Shown here: positions 18,265 to 26,796 of the stretch, in pieces | Position numbering within the stretch: the first letter of the stretch is position 1 | How the letters are laid out: the number at the start of each line of letters is the position of its first letter | Assembly (NCBI GenBank): GCA_050257975.1 | Contig: JBLMXY010000224.1 | Coordinates: forward strand, 17,087 to 81,086 | Direction: 5' to 3' | Length of the DNA stretch: 64,000 nucleotides | From: Acidobacteriota bacterium | GTDB lineage: Bacteria > Acidobacteriota > Thermoanaerobaculia > UBA5066 > Gp7-AA6 | Position numbers and translations under genes: made by a program | Notes under the pieces: model-generated | The model's input: only the letters and a program-made list of their open reading frames with translations | Told to the model about the DNA's origin: nothing | The model's database searches: none

Positions 18265-19457
18265 CGGCGTCCTCTCCAGGCCCGCGCGAAAGCGGAGAAG
18301 GCGGTGAGCTTCTTGCGGCCCGCGGCGACCAGAACGGCCTCGAGGGCGATCCATGCTCCGTACACGAAGAGCATGGTATGCCGCGACGAGGGAATGAGGA
18401 ACTGGATCAGCCACAGGAGAAACAATCCACCCGCCTCGTAGGCCTCCAGATCCATCGAGGCGAGGAAGATCCAGCCGAGCAGCGCCTGGAGGATCGTCAG
18501 CAGAATCTCGCTCCTCTGGAAGGCGTCGAAGGGAAGCGCCTCGGTCGAGCCGTGGCTCCAGCAGTAGATCACGGCGAGCAGCCCCGAGAGGATGCCCCAC
18601 TGGTTGATGTTGGAAGAGACCATGTTGACGAGCGCCACGGGGGCGCGGGTGATCCGTCGGGCCCAGGCGAAGGCGGAGGTTTTCTCCGGGAACTCGGAGA
18701 GAAAGGGGGCCACCCACTGGATGAAGACGAACTGCGACATACCGAGGCTCGTGGCCAGGGCCAGCATCGATCTCAAGAAGGGCTTGGCCACGAAGAAAAT
18801 GATCGCTCCTCCCCCGGCAAGCAGCAGCAGAACCGCCCCCCAGCGCCTCCCGCCCCGATGCGAAAGGGCCCAGCGGGAAACCGCCGGGATCTCCTCGTCC
18901 TCTTCGAGGGTGTCCCCCCGAGGCGGGATGCGGAGCAGGACGCCGAGGTAGATGACGTAGGTCGAGCCGAGGACGGCCGCGTCCACGAGCGAGAGGTTCC
19001 CCTTCGCCCAGACGACGACGAAGTAGGCGAGCGGCGGCAGGAGACCCAGCACCTCCACCGCGTGATCGTCGGCCAGGCGCAGGGTTCCGAGCGGACGGCC
19101 CCGTCTCTTTCGCGAGAAGTAGGCCGCGACGGCATAGATCATCGGCCACCCGAGGCCGGTCAGCAGGCGCAGGCTCCCGGTGAAGTTGGCGATCGCCAGG
19201 TGCACCATGTCGGGGTTCTTCCCCGCCTGCCACGCGATGACCGCCTCGACGGCGAACTCCGGCGCCGTCTGAATGAGGGCCAGGACCGCGAGGGCGAGGC
19301 CCTGCGACATGAGGAATTCGGCGGCCTCCGCGCCCCAGGCGACGAGAAACGCCGAACCGATCATCGCGGGAAAGGTCCAGAGAGCGGAGAGAGGCGAGCC
19401 GGCGGCCGCGGCGTCCACCGGAACGGCGGCGAGCAGGCTCGCCCGCGGTCGTCTCAT
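18261..19457 (-). CDS. CaCA-family cation/proton or cation/Ca2+ exchanger-like membrane protein.
   Basis: ~10 TM helices with two alpha-repeat-like segments (…LIQTAPEFAVEAVIAW… and …SQFVFIQWVAPFLSEFPEKTSAFAWA…). Confidence 0.5.
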   Translation of the reverse strand: MRRPRASLLAAVPVDAAAAGSPLSALWTFPAMIGSAFLVAWGAEAAEFLMSQGLALAVLALIQTAPEFAVEAVIAWQAGKNPDMVHLAIANFTGSLRLLTGLGWPMIYAVAAYFSRKRRGRPLGTLRLADDHAVEVLGLLPPLAYFVVVWAKGNLSLVDAAVLGSTYVIYLGVLLRIPPRGDTLEEDEEIPAVSRWALSHRGGRRWGAVLLLLAGGGAIIFFVAKPFLRSMLALATSLGMSQFVFIQWVAPFLSEFPEKTSAFAWARRITRAPVALVNMVSSNINQWGILSGLLAVIYCWSHGSTEALPFDAFQRSEILLTILQALLGWIFLASMDLEAYEAGGLFLLWLIQFLIPSSRHTMLFVYGAWIALEAVLVAAGRKKLTAFSAFARAWRGRR

Positions 19458-19482
19458 CCCGCCGGGTTATAGCATGAGGAAA

Positions 19483-20256
19483 ATGGCCGGCATCGAGTCT
19501 CCGTCCAATCCGCTCATCCGCGAGATCCTCCGCGCGCTCGAGCTGCACACGCACTTCCTGCTCGAAGGCGAGAAGCCCATTCTGGAGGCGATCGCCGCGG
19601 GACTCGCCCTCGAGCACGTGCTTCATGACGACAGCGTTCGTCCGGGCCGGCTGGCGGCGGCCTCGGCGGCCCGCCCGAAGCTCGTCTCGCGCGCGGTGCT
19701 CGAGCGCCTCGCCGACTCGCGGACGCCGCAACATCTGCTCGCCATCGTGCGGCGACGCGACGTTCCCGTGTCCGAGATCCTCGGCCGTCCCGGCCCGGTG
19801 GTCTTTCTCTTCGGCCTGCAGGATCCGGGAAACCTCGGCGCGGTCGTGCGGGTGGCGGAGGCGGCCGGATGCGCCGGTGTCGTGGCCGCGGCGGGCTCGG
19901 CGGACTTCTTCCATCCTCGCGCCGTTCGGGCGAGCGCCGGCAGCGTGCTGCGCATCCCGGTGTCGGGCAGGGTCTCCTTCGAAGCCTTCGCCCGCGACGC
20001 GAAGGAGGCCGGGCGCGTGCGCTGCGGCGCCGTCACGGCCGGAGGCGAGGATCCGTTCGTCTCGCCGCCGCCGGCGGACTCGATCCTCGTGGTCGGCTCG
20101 GAGGGATCGGGACTGCCGGCCGGCGCCTACCGCTACCTCGACCGGCGCTACACGATCCCGATGGCGCCGCCCGTCGATTCCCTGAACGCCTCGGTCGCGG
20201 CCGCCCTGCTCCTCTACGCGTCGCGGCTCGCGGGCTCGCCGAAGACCTCGGCCTGA
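19483..20256 (+). CDS. SpoU/TrmH-family RNA 2'-O-methyltransferase. Start at ATG 19483 with an AGGA SD (alternative ATG 19474).
   Basis: ...PVVFLFGLQDPGNLGAVVRVAEAAG...ILVVGSEGSGLP...IPMAPPVDSLNASVAAALLLY matches the SPOUT knot motifs. Confidence 0.8.
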   Translation: MAGIESPSNPLIREILRALELHTHFLLEGEKPILEAIAAGLALEHVLHDDSVRPGRLAAASAARPKLVSRAVLERLADSRTPQHLLAIVRRRDVPVSEILGRPGPVVFLFGLQDPGNLGAVVRVAEAAGCAGVVAAAGSADFFHPRAVRASAGSVLRIPVSGRVSFEAFARDAKEAGRVRCGAVTAGGEDPFVSPPPADSILVVGSEGSGLPAGAYRYLDRRYTIPMAPPVDSLNASVAAALLLYASRLAGSPKTSA

Positions 20257-20792
20257 AACTTCCAGACCCGCACCTCCGGATCGCGCCAGGCGTCTGCCGG
20301 CAGTCCCGCCTTGCGGCAGGTCTCCTGGAGGAACCGCGCCGTCGAGAAGCCCCACTCCGTCGCCACCTGCGGAAGCAGCAGGCCCCGTCTTCCCCGGCCT
20401 TCGATGATCAGGCCGTCCCGCCCGATGACGATCTCCTCGGCTCCTTCCAGCGGTTGCGGCGCCGTCAGCACCGAGATTTCGAGCTCGCACTCGGGCAACT
20501 CCTCGGCGGACAGCGGGGGAAACCGCGGATCTTCGAACGCCGCGCGCCGGGCGAACTCGGCGACCACGCCGGTCAGGTCCCCTTCCGGCGAGAGCGTCCC
20601 GATGCAGCCGCGCAGGCGGCCGCCCCGCTTGAGGGTCACGAAGAGGCCGCGAGGCTGCCCGAAGGCCTCCGCCCGGTCCGAGGAGAGGCGGGGAGGCGGC
20701 TGGCCGCGAAAGTGCGCCTCGAGCGACCCGCGGGCCAGTCGCAGCAGGTCGCGGCGGGCCTGCTCGGAAAGCGGGGGCGGGATCTCGCTCAT
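20214..20792 (-). CDS. AMMECR1-domain protein.
   Basis: MSEIPPPLSEQARRDLLRLARGSLEAHF...GLFVTLKRGGRLRGCIGT (conserved LRGCIG motif). The upstream part of the 416-aa track ORF is spurious. 4-nt overlap with the preceding hydrolase gene. Confidence 0.8.
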   Translation of the reverse strand: MSEIPPPLSEQARRDLLRLARGSLEAHFRGQPPPRLSSDRAEAFGQPRGLFVTLKRGGRLRGCIGTLSPEGDLTGVVAEFARRAAFEDPRFPPLSAEELPECELEISVLTAPQPLEGAEEIVIGRDGLIIEGRGRRGLLLPQVATEWGFSTARFLQETCRKAGLPADAWRDPEVRVWKFQAEVFGEPASRDA

Positions 20793-21448
20793 GGCGACGC
20801 CACCGCCGCGCGCAGCTCGGACAGGAATCCGGCGATCGCCTCCTCGAGTTCGTCGAGCCTGCCTTCGAAGAAGTGGTCGGCTCCGGCGATCTCGACGATG
20901 TGCCCGGTGCCGCCGACGAACTGACGAAGCATCTCCGGAGGACCGAAAACGTCGCGCTCGCCCACGACGAAGAGGGCGGGCACTCGGGGCCGCGGCAGAA
21001 AACGAGCGGACTCGGTCGCGAGCGGCAGGCCCGCGCCCACATAGGCGACGACCCGGGCGTCCCCCGCGATGGCTCTCAACGCGACCGCCGACCCGAAGGA
21101 GAAGCCGCCCGCGACCTGCGGCAGCCCGCCCCGCCGCTCGGCCTCGGCCATCGCGGCGCGGAAGTCGGCGACCTCGCCGCGACCCTCGTCGAAACGGCCC
21201 GCCGAGGCCCCGACCCCTCGGAAATTGAACCGAAGCGTTCCGTATCCAGCTCGAGAAAGGGCCCGGGCGGCGCGGTAGACGACCTTGTTGTGAAGGGTGC
21301 CGCCGTGAAGCGGATGCGGGTGCGCGAAGACCGCCGAACCGGCCGCAGGCCCCGAGGCCTGTTTCCAGAGCCCTTCCAGGGGGCCGTCGGGGCCGTCCAA
21401 CGTCAGGGGCCGCAACGCCCCCTGCACCGGCTCGCTTCCTGCGCGCAT
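20789..21448 (-). CDS. Alpha/beta-fold hydrolase (COG2945-like predicted hydrolase).
   Basis: ...AVFAHPHPLHGGTLHNKVVYRAARALSRAGYGTLRFNFRGVGASAG...GGFSFGSAVAL.... Confidence 0.65.
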   Translation of the reverse strand: MRAGSEPVQGALRPLTLDGPDGPLEGLWKQASGPAAGSAVFAHPHPLHGGTLHNKVVYRAARALSRAGYGTLRFNFRGVGASAGRFDEGRGEVADFRAAMAEAERRGGLPQVAGGFSFGSAVALRAIAGDARVVAYVGAGLPLATESARFLPRPRVPALFVVGERDVFGPPEMLRQFVGGTGHIVEIAGADHFFEGRLDELEEAIAGFLSELRAAVASP

Positions 21449-21519
21449 TGGAGAAAACCGGCACTCATCGTATCCTTCTGCGGCCGCCCCGGCGAGGGCT
21501 GCGGCCCACAGGAGACATC

Positions 21520-22575
21520 ATGAAGAAGATCGTCCACGTCGTCGGCACGGGCACGATCGGCGAGCCGTTGATCGGGCTGTTTACCGACTTCGACAAGCAC
21601 CTCGGAGTCGACGAGGTGACCTTCCACAAGCGCACCCCCATGATCACCGAGCGGGCCAAGGTGAACCACCTGCTCCAGCGCGGCGCCCGGCTGGCCGTCG
21701 ACCCGGACAAGAAGACCGATTTCGAAGCGCTCGGCCACGAGGTCTCCTACGAGGCGCAGGAGGCCCTCGAGCGGGCCACGGTCGTCATCGACTGCACCCC
21801 GGCCGGAAACGAGAACAAGAAGGTCTACGAGAAGCTCTCCGGTCCTCGGGGCTTTCTCGCGCAGGGCAGCGAGTTCGGATTCGGCAAGCCCTACGCGATG
21901 GGGATCAACGACGAGGCGCTCGAAGTCGGGAAGGACCGCTACCTCCAGATCGTCTCCTGCAACACCCACACCATCGCTGCCCTGGTCAAGACCCTGGGTG
22001 AGGACGCCGAGGGCGGCCCGATCCTCGAGCGAGGACGATTCGTCTGCATGCGACGCGCCAACGACGTCTCGCAGGACTCGGGCTTCATTCCCGCCCCGTC
22101 GGCCGGGAAGCACGACGACCCGGTCTTCGGAACGCATCACGCCCGCGACGCTTCGCGCCTGCTCGAGACGATCGGCTGGAAGCCGCGCCTTTTCTCGTCC
22201 GCGATGAAACTGAACACGCAGTACATGCATTCGCTCTGGTTCGACATGGAGTTCAACCGGCCCGCCACGCGCGAGAAGGTGATGGAGAAGCTCCGGGCCA
22301 ACCGGCGCATCGCGGTGACCGAGAAGCGCTCGTCCAACCAGATCTTCTCCTTCGGACGCGACCACGGGTACTACGGCCGCATCCTTTCACAGGCCGTCGT
22401 GGCCGCCCCGACGGTCGCGGCCAACGGAGAACGGGAGGTCGTCGGCTTCTGCTTCACGCCGCAGGACGGCAACTCGCTCGCCTCTTCGATCGTCGCCGCC
22501 CTCTGGCTGATGGAACCGGACTTCGACCGTCAGCGGCTGTCGGTGCTCGATCGGTTCTTCTTCCGCGAGATCTAG
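21520..22575 (+). CDS. Type II (archaeal-type) glyceraldehyde-3-phosphate dehydrogenase homologue. ATG ~21520 preceded by GGAGA.
   Basis: MKKIVHVVGTGTIGEPL (Rossmann), ...TVVIDCTPAGNENKKVYEKL..., ...YLQIVSCNTHTIAALVKTL (catalytic Cys in the SCNT motif), ...FVCMRRANDVSQ... These align in order with archaeal Gap motifs. Confidence 0.6.
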   Translation: MKKIVHVVGTGTIGEPLIGLFTDFDKHLGVDEVTFHKRTPMITERAKVNHLLQRGARLAVDPDKKTDFEALGHEVSYEAQEALERATVVIDCTPAGNENKKVYEKLSGPRGFLAQGSEFGFGKPYAMGINDEALEVGKDRYLQIVSCNTHTIAALVKTLGEDAEGGPILERGRFVCMRRANDVSQDSGFIPAPSAGKHDDPVFGTHHARDASRLLETIGWKPRLFSSAMKLNTQYMHSLWFDMEFNRPATREKVMEKLRANRRIAVTEKRSSNQIFSFGRDHGYYGRILSQAVVAAPTVAANGEREVVGFCFTPQDGNSLASSIVAALWLMEPDFDRQRLSVLDRFFFREI

Positions 22576-22620
22576 CGGAGCCGGACTTCACGGCCGCGGA
22601 TCGAGGGTAGACTCCCGGCG

Positions 22621-23517
22621 ATGCCCTGGCTCGTCTGCCCGCGGTGCCACTTCAGCCAGTTGCCGGCCGAGCGGTGCCGTCGCTGCGGACAAGTCCTGCC
22701 GGCCGCGGCGCCGCCCTCGGGACCGGCGCCGGCGTCCGGGGGCAAGACGCCTCTCTCCCGCAACGCCCGGTGGCTCGCCGCGGCGGCGGCGCTCGCCGTG
22801 GCGGCCCTGCTCTGGCTCGGCCGCTCCGGCGGGCGCCCCGAGCCGGCGGGCCCGGCGGCGACCCCCGTGCCGACCGCCGGCCCGCTCGACCTGTCGGGCC
22901 GGTGGCATGCTCAGCTCTCCAAGACGATCGGCGCAAGCCCTCCCCGCCCCGTTCTCAAGGAGATCTCGATCGAGACGGGCCGCGACGGGAAAATTCTTGC
23001 GGCGCGGGTCGTCTTCACCGACCCGGGCCGCGGCGGCGCGGGCGCCGGATACCGCATCGCCCCGGACGAGAGAGAGCGGCTGGAGGCGGCGGCGGCCGCC
23101 CTGCGAGCCGCGCCGAAGGGCGCCGCCCTGCCGATCGACTTCCTGAAGCTGCCCGGCTGGGTGCCCGAGCGGGGCCGGCTCTGGAGGGCGATCGAGGGGG
23201 CCGCCCGGGGCGCCGAGACCGCCCACTACCTGCTCGTCGAGTCGCTCGAGACCGACTACCTGATCCAGGCGGGCATCAACGAATCGGGCTTCCTGTCGTA
23301 CGCCTTCTTCTCCCCCGACTACGCCCCGAGGCGCGGCGAGGACGTGCTCTCCCGCGTCATCCACCCGGATGCGGGGGCGTCGCTGCGCGGCTTCCAGAAC
23401 CTCATCTGGGACCTGTCGGGCGCGGCGGACTTTCTCAAGCTCCAGCTGCCCGTGACCCTCTCGGGCCCGGAGGGCGGCGCGCCGGACGCGCTGACGCTGA
23501 CCCGGTCGCCGGCCTAG
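22621..23517 (+). CDS. Hypothetical membrane protein: N-terminal CxxC…CxxC zinc ribbon, one TM helix, extracytoplasmic domain of unknown function.
   Basis: MPWLVCPRCHFSQLPAERCRRCGQ, then TM WLAAAAALAVAALLWL, then a ~220-aa domain with no recognisable motifs. Confidence 0.5.
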   Translation: MPWLVCPRCHFSQLPAERCRRCGQVLPAAAPPSGPAPASGGKTPLSRNARWLAAAAALAVAALLWLGRSGGRPEPAGPAATPVPTAGPLDLSGRWHAQLSKTIGASPPRPVLKEISIETGRDGKILAARVVFTDPGRGGAGAGYRIAPDERERLEAAAAALRAAPKGAALPIDFLKLPGWVPERGRLWRAIEGAARGAETAHYLLVESLETDYLIQAGINESGFLSYAFFSPDYAPRRGEDVLSRVIHPDAGASLRGFQNLIWDLSGAADFLKLQLPVTLSGPEGGAPDALTLTRSPA

Positions 23518-23529
23518 CGGGGTTGCCTG

Positions 23530-24480
23530 CTAGATCGAGACGATATAGCCGCCGCTCTTGACGTCCTTCTTCATGGAGATCAGCTTCTGGCGCTCCGCGT
23601 CCTCGAGCAGCTCGGAGAAGGACCGGTAGCCGTAGTACGACTCGTTGAAGTAGGGCTGCTTGCGCTGCATCGTCTGCTTGATCATCGAGCCCCAGATCAC
23701 ATCGTAGTTTTCGCGCTGGAGCGCCTGGATCGAGTCGAGCATCAGGTGGAAGAGCTCCCGCTTCTTCTCCGGGAAGTTCTCGATGGACGGCAGCGCCCGG
23801 GTCTCGCGCACCAGATCCTCGTAGAAGATGAACTCGTCGCAGTTGGAGAGGAGCAGGTCCGAGGTCGAGTTCTTGACGCCGACGCCGATCACCGCCTTGT
23901 CGTTCTCCTTCAGCTTCGAGACGAGGGGCGAGAAGTCGGAGTCTCCCGAACAGACCACGAACGTCGTGATGTGCGACTTGGAGGCCGCCAGATCCATCGC
24001 GTCCACGACCATGCGGATGTCCGCCGAGTTCTTCCCCGTGTAGTTGCGCTGCGGAATGTCGATCAACTCGATGGCCGCTTCGTGGAACTCCCGCTTGTAT
24101 TCCGAGTAGCGGGTCCAGTCGGCGTACGCCTTCTTGTAGACGATTCGGCCCTTCTCGATGAGCCGCTGCAGGACCAGGTTGATGTCGAACTTCTTGTACT
24201 GCGCGTCGCGCACGCCCAGCGCGATGTTCTCGAAGTCGATGAACAGCGCCAGACGCTGCTCCACCGACGTCCGGGCCGGCGGCGCGGGGCTGACGCTGAC
24301 GGGCGCGGCCGCCGGCGGGACGACGGCCGCGGCGGGCGCCGGGGCCGGCTCGTGCGCCGGCCGGCTCTCCTCCGCGGCCGCCGGCCTCTTGTACCGCCGG
24401 CCGCCTCCCCGGCGCCGGCGTCCTTTCTTTTCGCCTTCCCCGCCCTCCGCGGCGGGAAACGGAATGGCATCATCACTCAT
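23530..24480 (-). CDS. NYN-domain (LabA-like, PIN-related) predicted RNase with a C-terminal OST-HTH/LOTUS domain.
   Basis: After an N-terminal low-complexity Arg/Pro/Ala segment: LALFIDFENIALGVRD...IVYKKAYADW...NSADIRMVVDAMDLA...TFVVCSGDSDFSPLVSKLKENDKAVIGVG (NYN acidic residues), then ...LMLDSIQALQRENYDVIWGSMIKQTMQRKQPYFNESYYGYRSFSELLEDAERQKLISM (OST-HTH). Confidence 0.7.
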   Translation of the reverse strand: MSDDAIPFPAAEGGEGEKKGRRRRGGGRRYKRPAAAEESRPAHEPAPAPAAAVVPPAAAPVSVSPAPPARTSVEQRLALFIDFENIALGVRDAQYKKFDINLVLQRLIEKGRIVYKKAYADWTRYSEYKREFHEAAIELIDIPQRNYTGKNSADIRMVVDAMDLAASKSHITTFVVCSGDSDFSPLVSKLKENDKAVIGVGVKNSTSDLLLSNCDEFIFYEDLVRETRALPSIENFPEKKRELFHLMLDSIQALQRENYDVIWGSMIKQTMQRKQPYFNESYYGYRSFSELLEDAERQKLISMKKDVKSGGYIVSI

Positions 24481-24944
24481 TCTTTCTTTCCTTCCGGCGC
24501 GTAATCGAAGGAGGACGTCGTCAGAACGAAGCTCGCCAGGGCCCGGGCCACCGCCCGGCCTCCCGCGTCCACGATCTCGGCGTCGCCCACGTTGATTCGT
24601 CTGCCTTTCTTCACTATCCGGGCCCGCGCGCGAACATCCGAGCGGGCGCGGGCCAAAAAATGGATCGTCAGGTCCGCCGTGGCGAACCCCATCTTTCCGT
24701 CGAAATTCGTCGAGAGCGCGAAGGCCACCGCCGTGTCGGCCAGAGTCGCGAGCACGCCGCCGTGCACCGTACCCGATCCGTTGGTCAGTTCCATCCGATA
24801 GGGAAGGCGGATGACGCAGGAGTCGGGCTCGAGCTGCTCGAGCTCGGGATGAAGGTGCGCCAGGGCGGGGGAAGCCGAGAGCCGCCTCTGCAGCCGATCC
24901 TTCAGGTCCGGCGCCAGGGCGCGATGGAGAGCCGCGGGGCTCAT
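24477..24944 (-). CDS. Hotdog-fold thioesterase (PaaI/YigI family). ATGA-type overlap with the NYN gene downstream.
   Basis: ...GSGTVHGGVLATLADTAVAFAL...HFLARARSD... matches 4HBT/PaaI. Confidence 0.8.
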   Translation of the reverse strand: MSPAALHRALAPDLKDRLQRRLSASPALAHLHPELEQLEPDSCVIRLPYRMELTNGSGTVHGGVLATLADTAVAFALSTNFDGKMGFATADLTIHFLARARSDVRARARIVKKGRRINVGDAEIVDAGGRAVARALASFVLTTSSFDYAPEGKKE

Positions 24945-25044
24945 TCCGGAAAACCCGCGAAGGAACGGCGGCCGGCCTCTCCCGGGAGCCTCGGCGGGGC
25001 CTCGAGGGGGAGCCTCGAGGCGGGACGACCCGGGCGGGAGGGGG

Positions 25045-25272
25045 CTATCCCGCTTCCTTCTCGGACTCGTCCTCCTGCTTGAAGTAGGCGAGCTCCTCGG
25101 CGCGCCGGGTGGAATTGTCGAGGTGCCGGGGCACTTCGATCACGGTTCGCGTCACGTTGGGATCGCAGATCTCGTTCTCGCATTCATAAGTGTAGACGTT
25201 GCGGTCGGCCCGCTTCTGGAAGCCCACCACCGTCTGGTAAGTGTCGCAGTTGCCGCACTTGACCGACATCAT
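25045..25272 (-). CDS. Small (~75 aa) zinc-ribbon protein with an acidic C-terminal tail.
   Basis: MMSVKCGNCDTYQTVVGFQKRADRNVYTYECENEICDPNV... (C-x2-C-x21-C-x4-C), tail FKQEDESEKEAG. The upstream 220 aa of the 293-aa track ORF are antisense junk. Confidence 0.45.
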   Translation of the reverse strand: MMSVKCGNCDTYQTVVGFQKRADRNVYTYECENEICDPNVTRTVIEVPRHLDNSTRRAEELAYFKQEDESEKEAG

Positions 25273-25352
25273 GAAAATGTCGATGACGTGCAGCTCGGGG
25301 CGGTCTTCCGGCGCGTCCACGACATCATAATACGCCCGGAGGAAAGGACCAA

Positions 25353-25803
25353 CATGAAGACGCGAATTCTGGCCCTGGCTCTGGTGGGCGCTTGCGTCGG
25401 AGCGGTCGCGCCGGCGCAACAGGAGTTCGAGAAGACGATCCCGGTCCCCCGAACCGGCGTGGCTCGCCTCAACTGGACGTCGGACCGCTGCTCGGTCCTG
25501 AGCGTCGAGCTGCGAAACTACCCCGACGAGGAAGACATCGACAAGGCGCGCTCCTCGGATCCCAACGACCACTCCTGGGTCTGGTGGGAATTCAACGTCG
25601 AGAATCGGGGCGACACCAAGTGCAAGATCCGGCTGTGGGTGGAGGTGCTCGACAAGAGCGGCAAGGTGCTCAAGTCGAGCGACCGCAGCGACACGATCGA
25701 TGCCCACAAGCTCGACGACGACATCCGGGTGTCGACGCGCATGAAGACGATCGACATCGCGGACGCGCCCAGGGCGCGCCTGCGCGCCCACATCGGGAAG
25801 TGA
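25353..25803 (+). CDS. Small secreted protein (150 aa) of unknown function. Strong SD (GGAGGAAAGG). Transcribed divergently from the Zn-ribbon gene.
   Basis: Signal peptide MKTRILALALVGACVGAVAPAQQ. Mature part rich in charged residues (…HSWVWWEFNVENRGDTKCKIRLWVEVLDKSGK…). Confidence 0.55.
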
Positions 25804-25860
25804 TCGCTCGTCGGCGCCCCGCGGCGAAAGCGGCATGCTGCGGTCCCGTAGAATGACCGC

Positions 25861-26796
25861 GTGAGCGCCCTCGAGGAGCGAGATCTCTCCCCGGCGTACC
25901 GCGCGGCGCGAGAGGGCCTGGCTCACCGGCGGCGCGACTCCGCCGTCCTGGACATCGAGGGGCCCGAGCGCGAGGCCTTTCTCCAGGGTCAGCTCACCCA
26001 GGACGTGCGCGATCTCGCCCCCGGAGAGACGCGCCCGACGGCGGCTCTCACGCCCAAAGGGAAACTGCTCTTCATCGCCCGCCTCGTCGAGATGCCCGGT
26101 CGCATCCGCCTCCTTCTGCCTTCAGCCTCGCGCCAGGCCGCCCTCGAGCACCTGCGAAAGTTTGCCGCGTTCCAGAAGGTGACGGTCCGGGACCGCTCGG
26201 AGGAGCTGGTCGAGATCGCGCTCTACGGTCCCGGCGCGGCGCGCGCCGGCGCGCCTGCCGAAGGCCTCGCGCTCGCGGGATCGGGAGAATTCTCGGCGCA
26301 ATGGCTGCTGCCGCGATCCCGCCTCGCCGAGGCCGAGGCGCACCTTCGGGCGGCGGGCTCGCTCGAGCTCGATCCGGGGAGCGCCGAGGCGCTGCGCATC
26401 GAGGCGGGGCGGCCTCGGTTCGGCAGCGACATCGACGCGACGAACCTTCCCGACGAGGCGGGCCTCGACGCCGCAGTCTCCGCGACGAAGGGATGCTATG
26501 TGGGCCAGGAAGTCGTCGCGCGCCGCCGCGTCTATGGCCGGGCCAACCGCCGCCTGGTCGGATACCGCTTCCCCGACGGCCCCCTTTCGGCGGGAGCGCG
26601 GCTGCGCCGCACGGCCGCGCCGGAGGAGGAGCCCGAGCGGACGGAGGCGGGCCGGGTGACGAGCTCGGGCCACTCGCCGCGCTTCGGACCGATCGGGCTC
26701 GGCTTCGCCTTCCACGACGTGCCCGCCGAGGGAAGGCTCTTCGGTCCGGGAGATCCGCCGCGGGCCGCCGTCGTATCGGCGCTCCCCTTCGCGTGA
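25861..26796 (+). CDS. ygfZ: YgfZ-type folate-binding protein (Fe-S cluster repair / tRNA modification, GcvT-like fold).
   Basis: ...ALRIEAGRPRFGSDIDATNLPDEAGLDAAVSATKGCYVGQEVVARRRVYG... has the KGC(Y)xGQE signature. Confidence 0.75.
   Translation: MSALEERDLSPAYRAAREGLAHRRRDSAVLDIEGPEREAFLQGQLTQDVRDLAPGETRPTAALTPKGKLLFIARLVEMPGRIRLLLPSASRQAALEHLRKFAAFQKVTVRDRSEELVEIALYGPGAARAGAPAEGLALAGSGEFSAQWLLPRSRLAEAEAHLRAAGSLELDPGSAEALRIEAGRPRFGSDIDATNLPDEAGLDAAVSATKGCYVGQEVVARRRVYGRANRRLVGYRFPDGPLSAGARLRRTAAPEEEPERTEAGRVTSSGHSPRFGPIGLGFAFHDVPAEGRLFGPGDPPRAAVVSALPFA

Noticed and set aside
17071-21042. 1323-aa minus-strand ORF
   Set aside because: Only the C-terminal ~397 aa (class I aminotransferase) are real. 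Upstream it reads through antisense of the CaCA, TrmH and AMMECR1 regions with low-complexity Arg/Gly composition.
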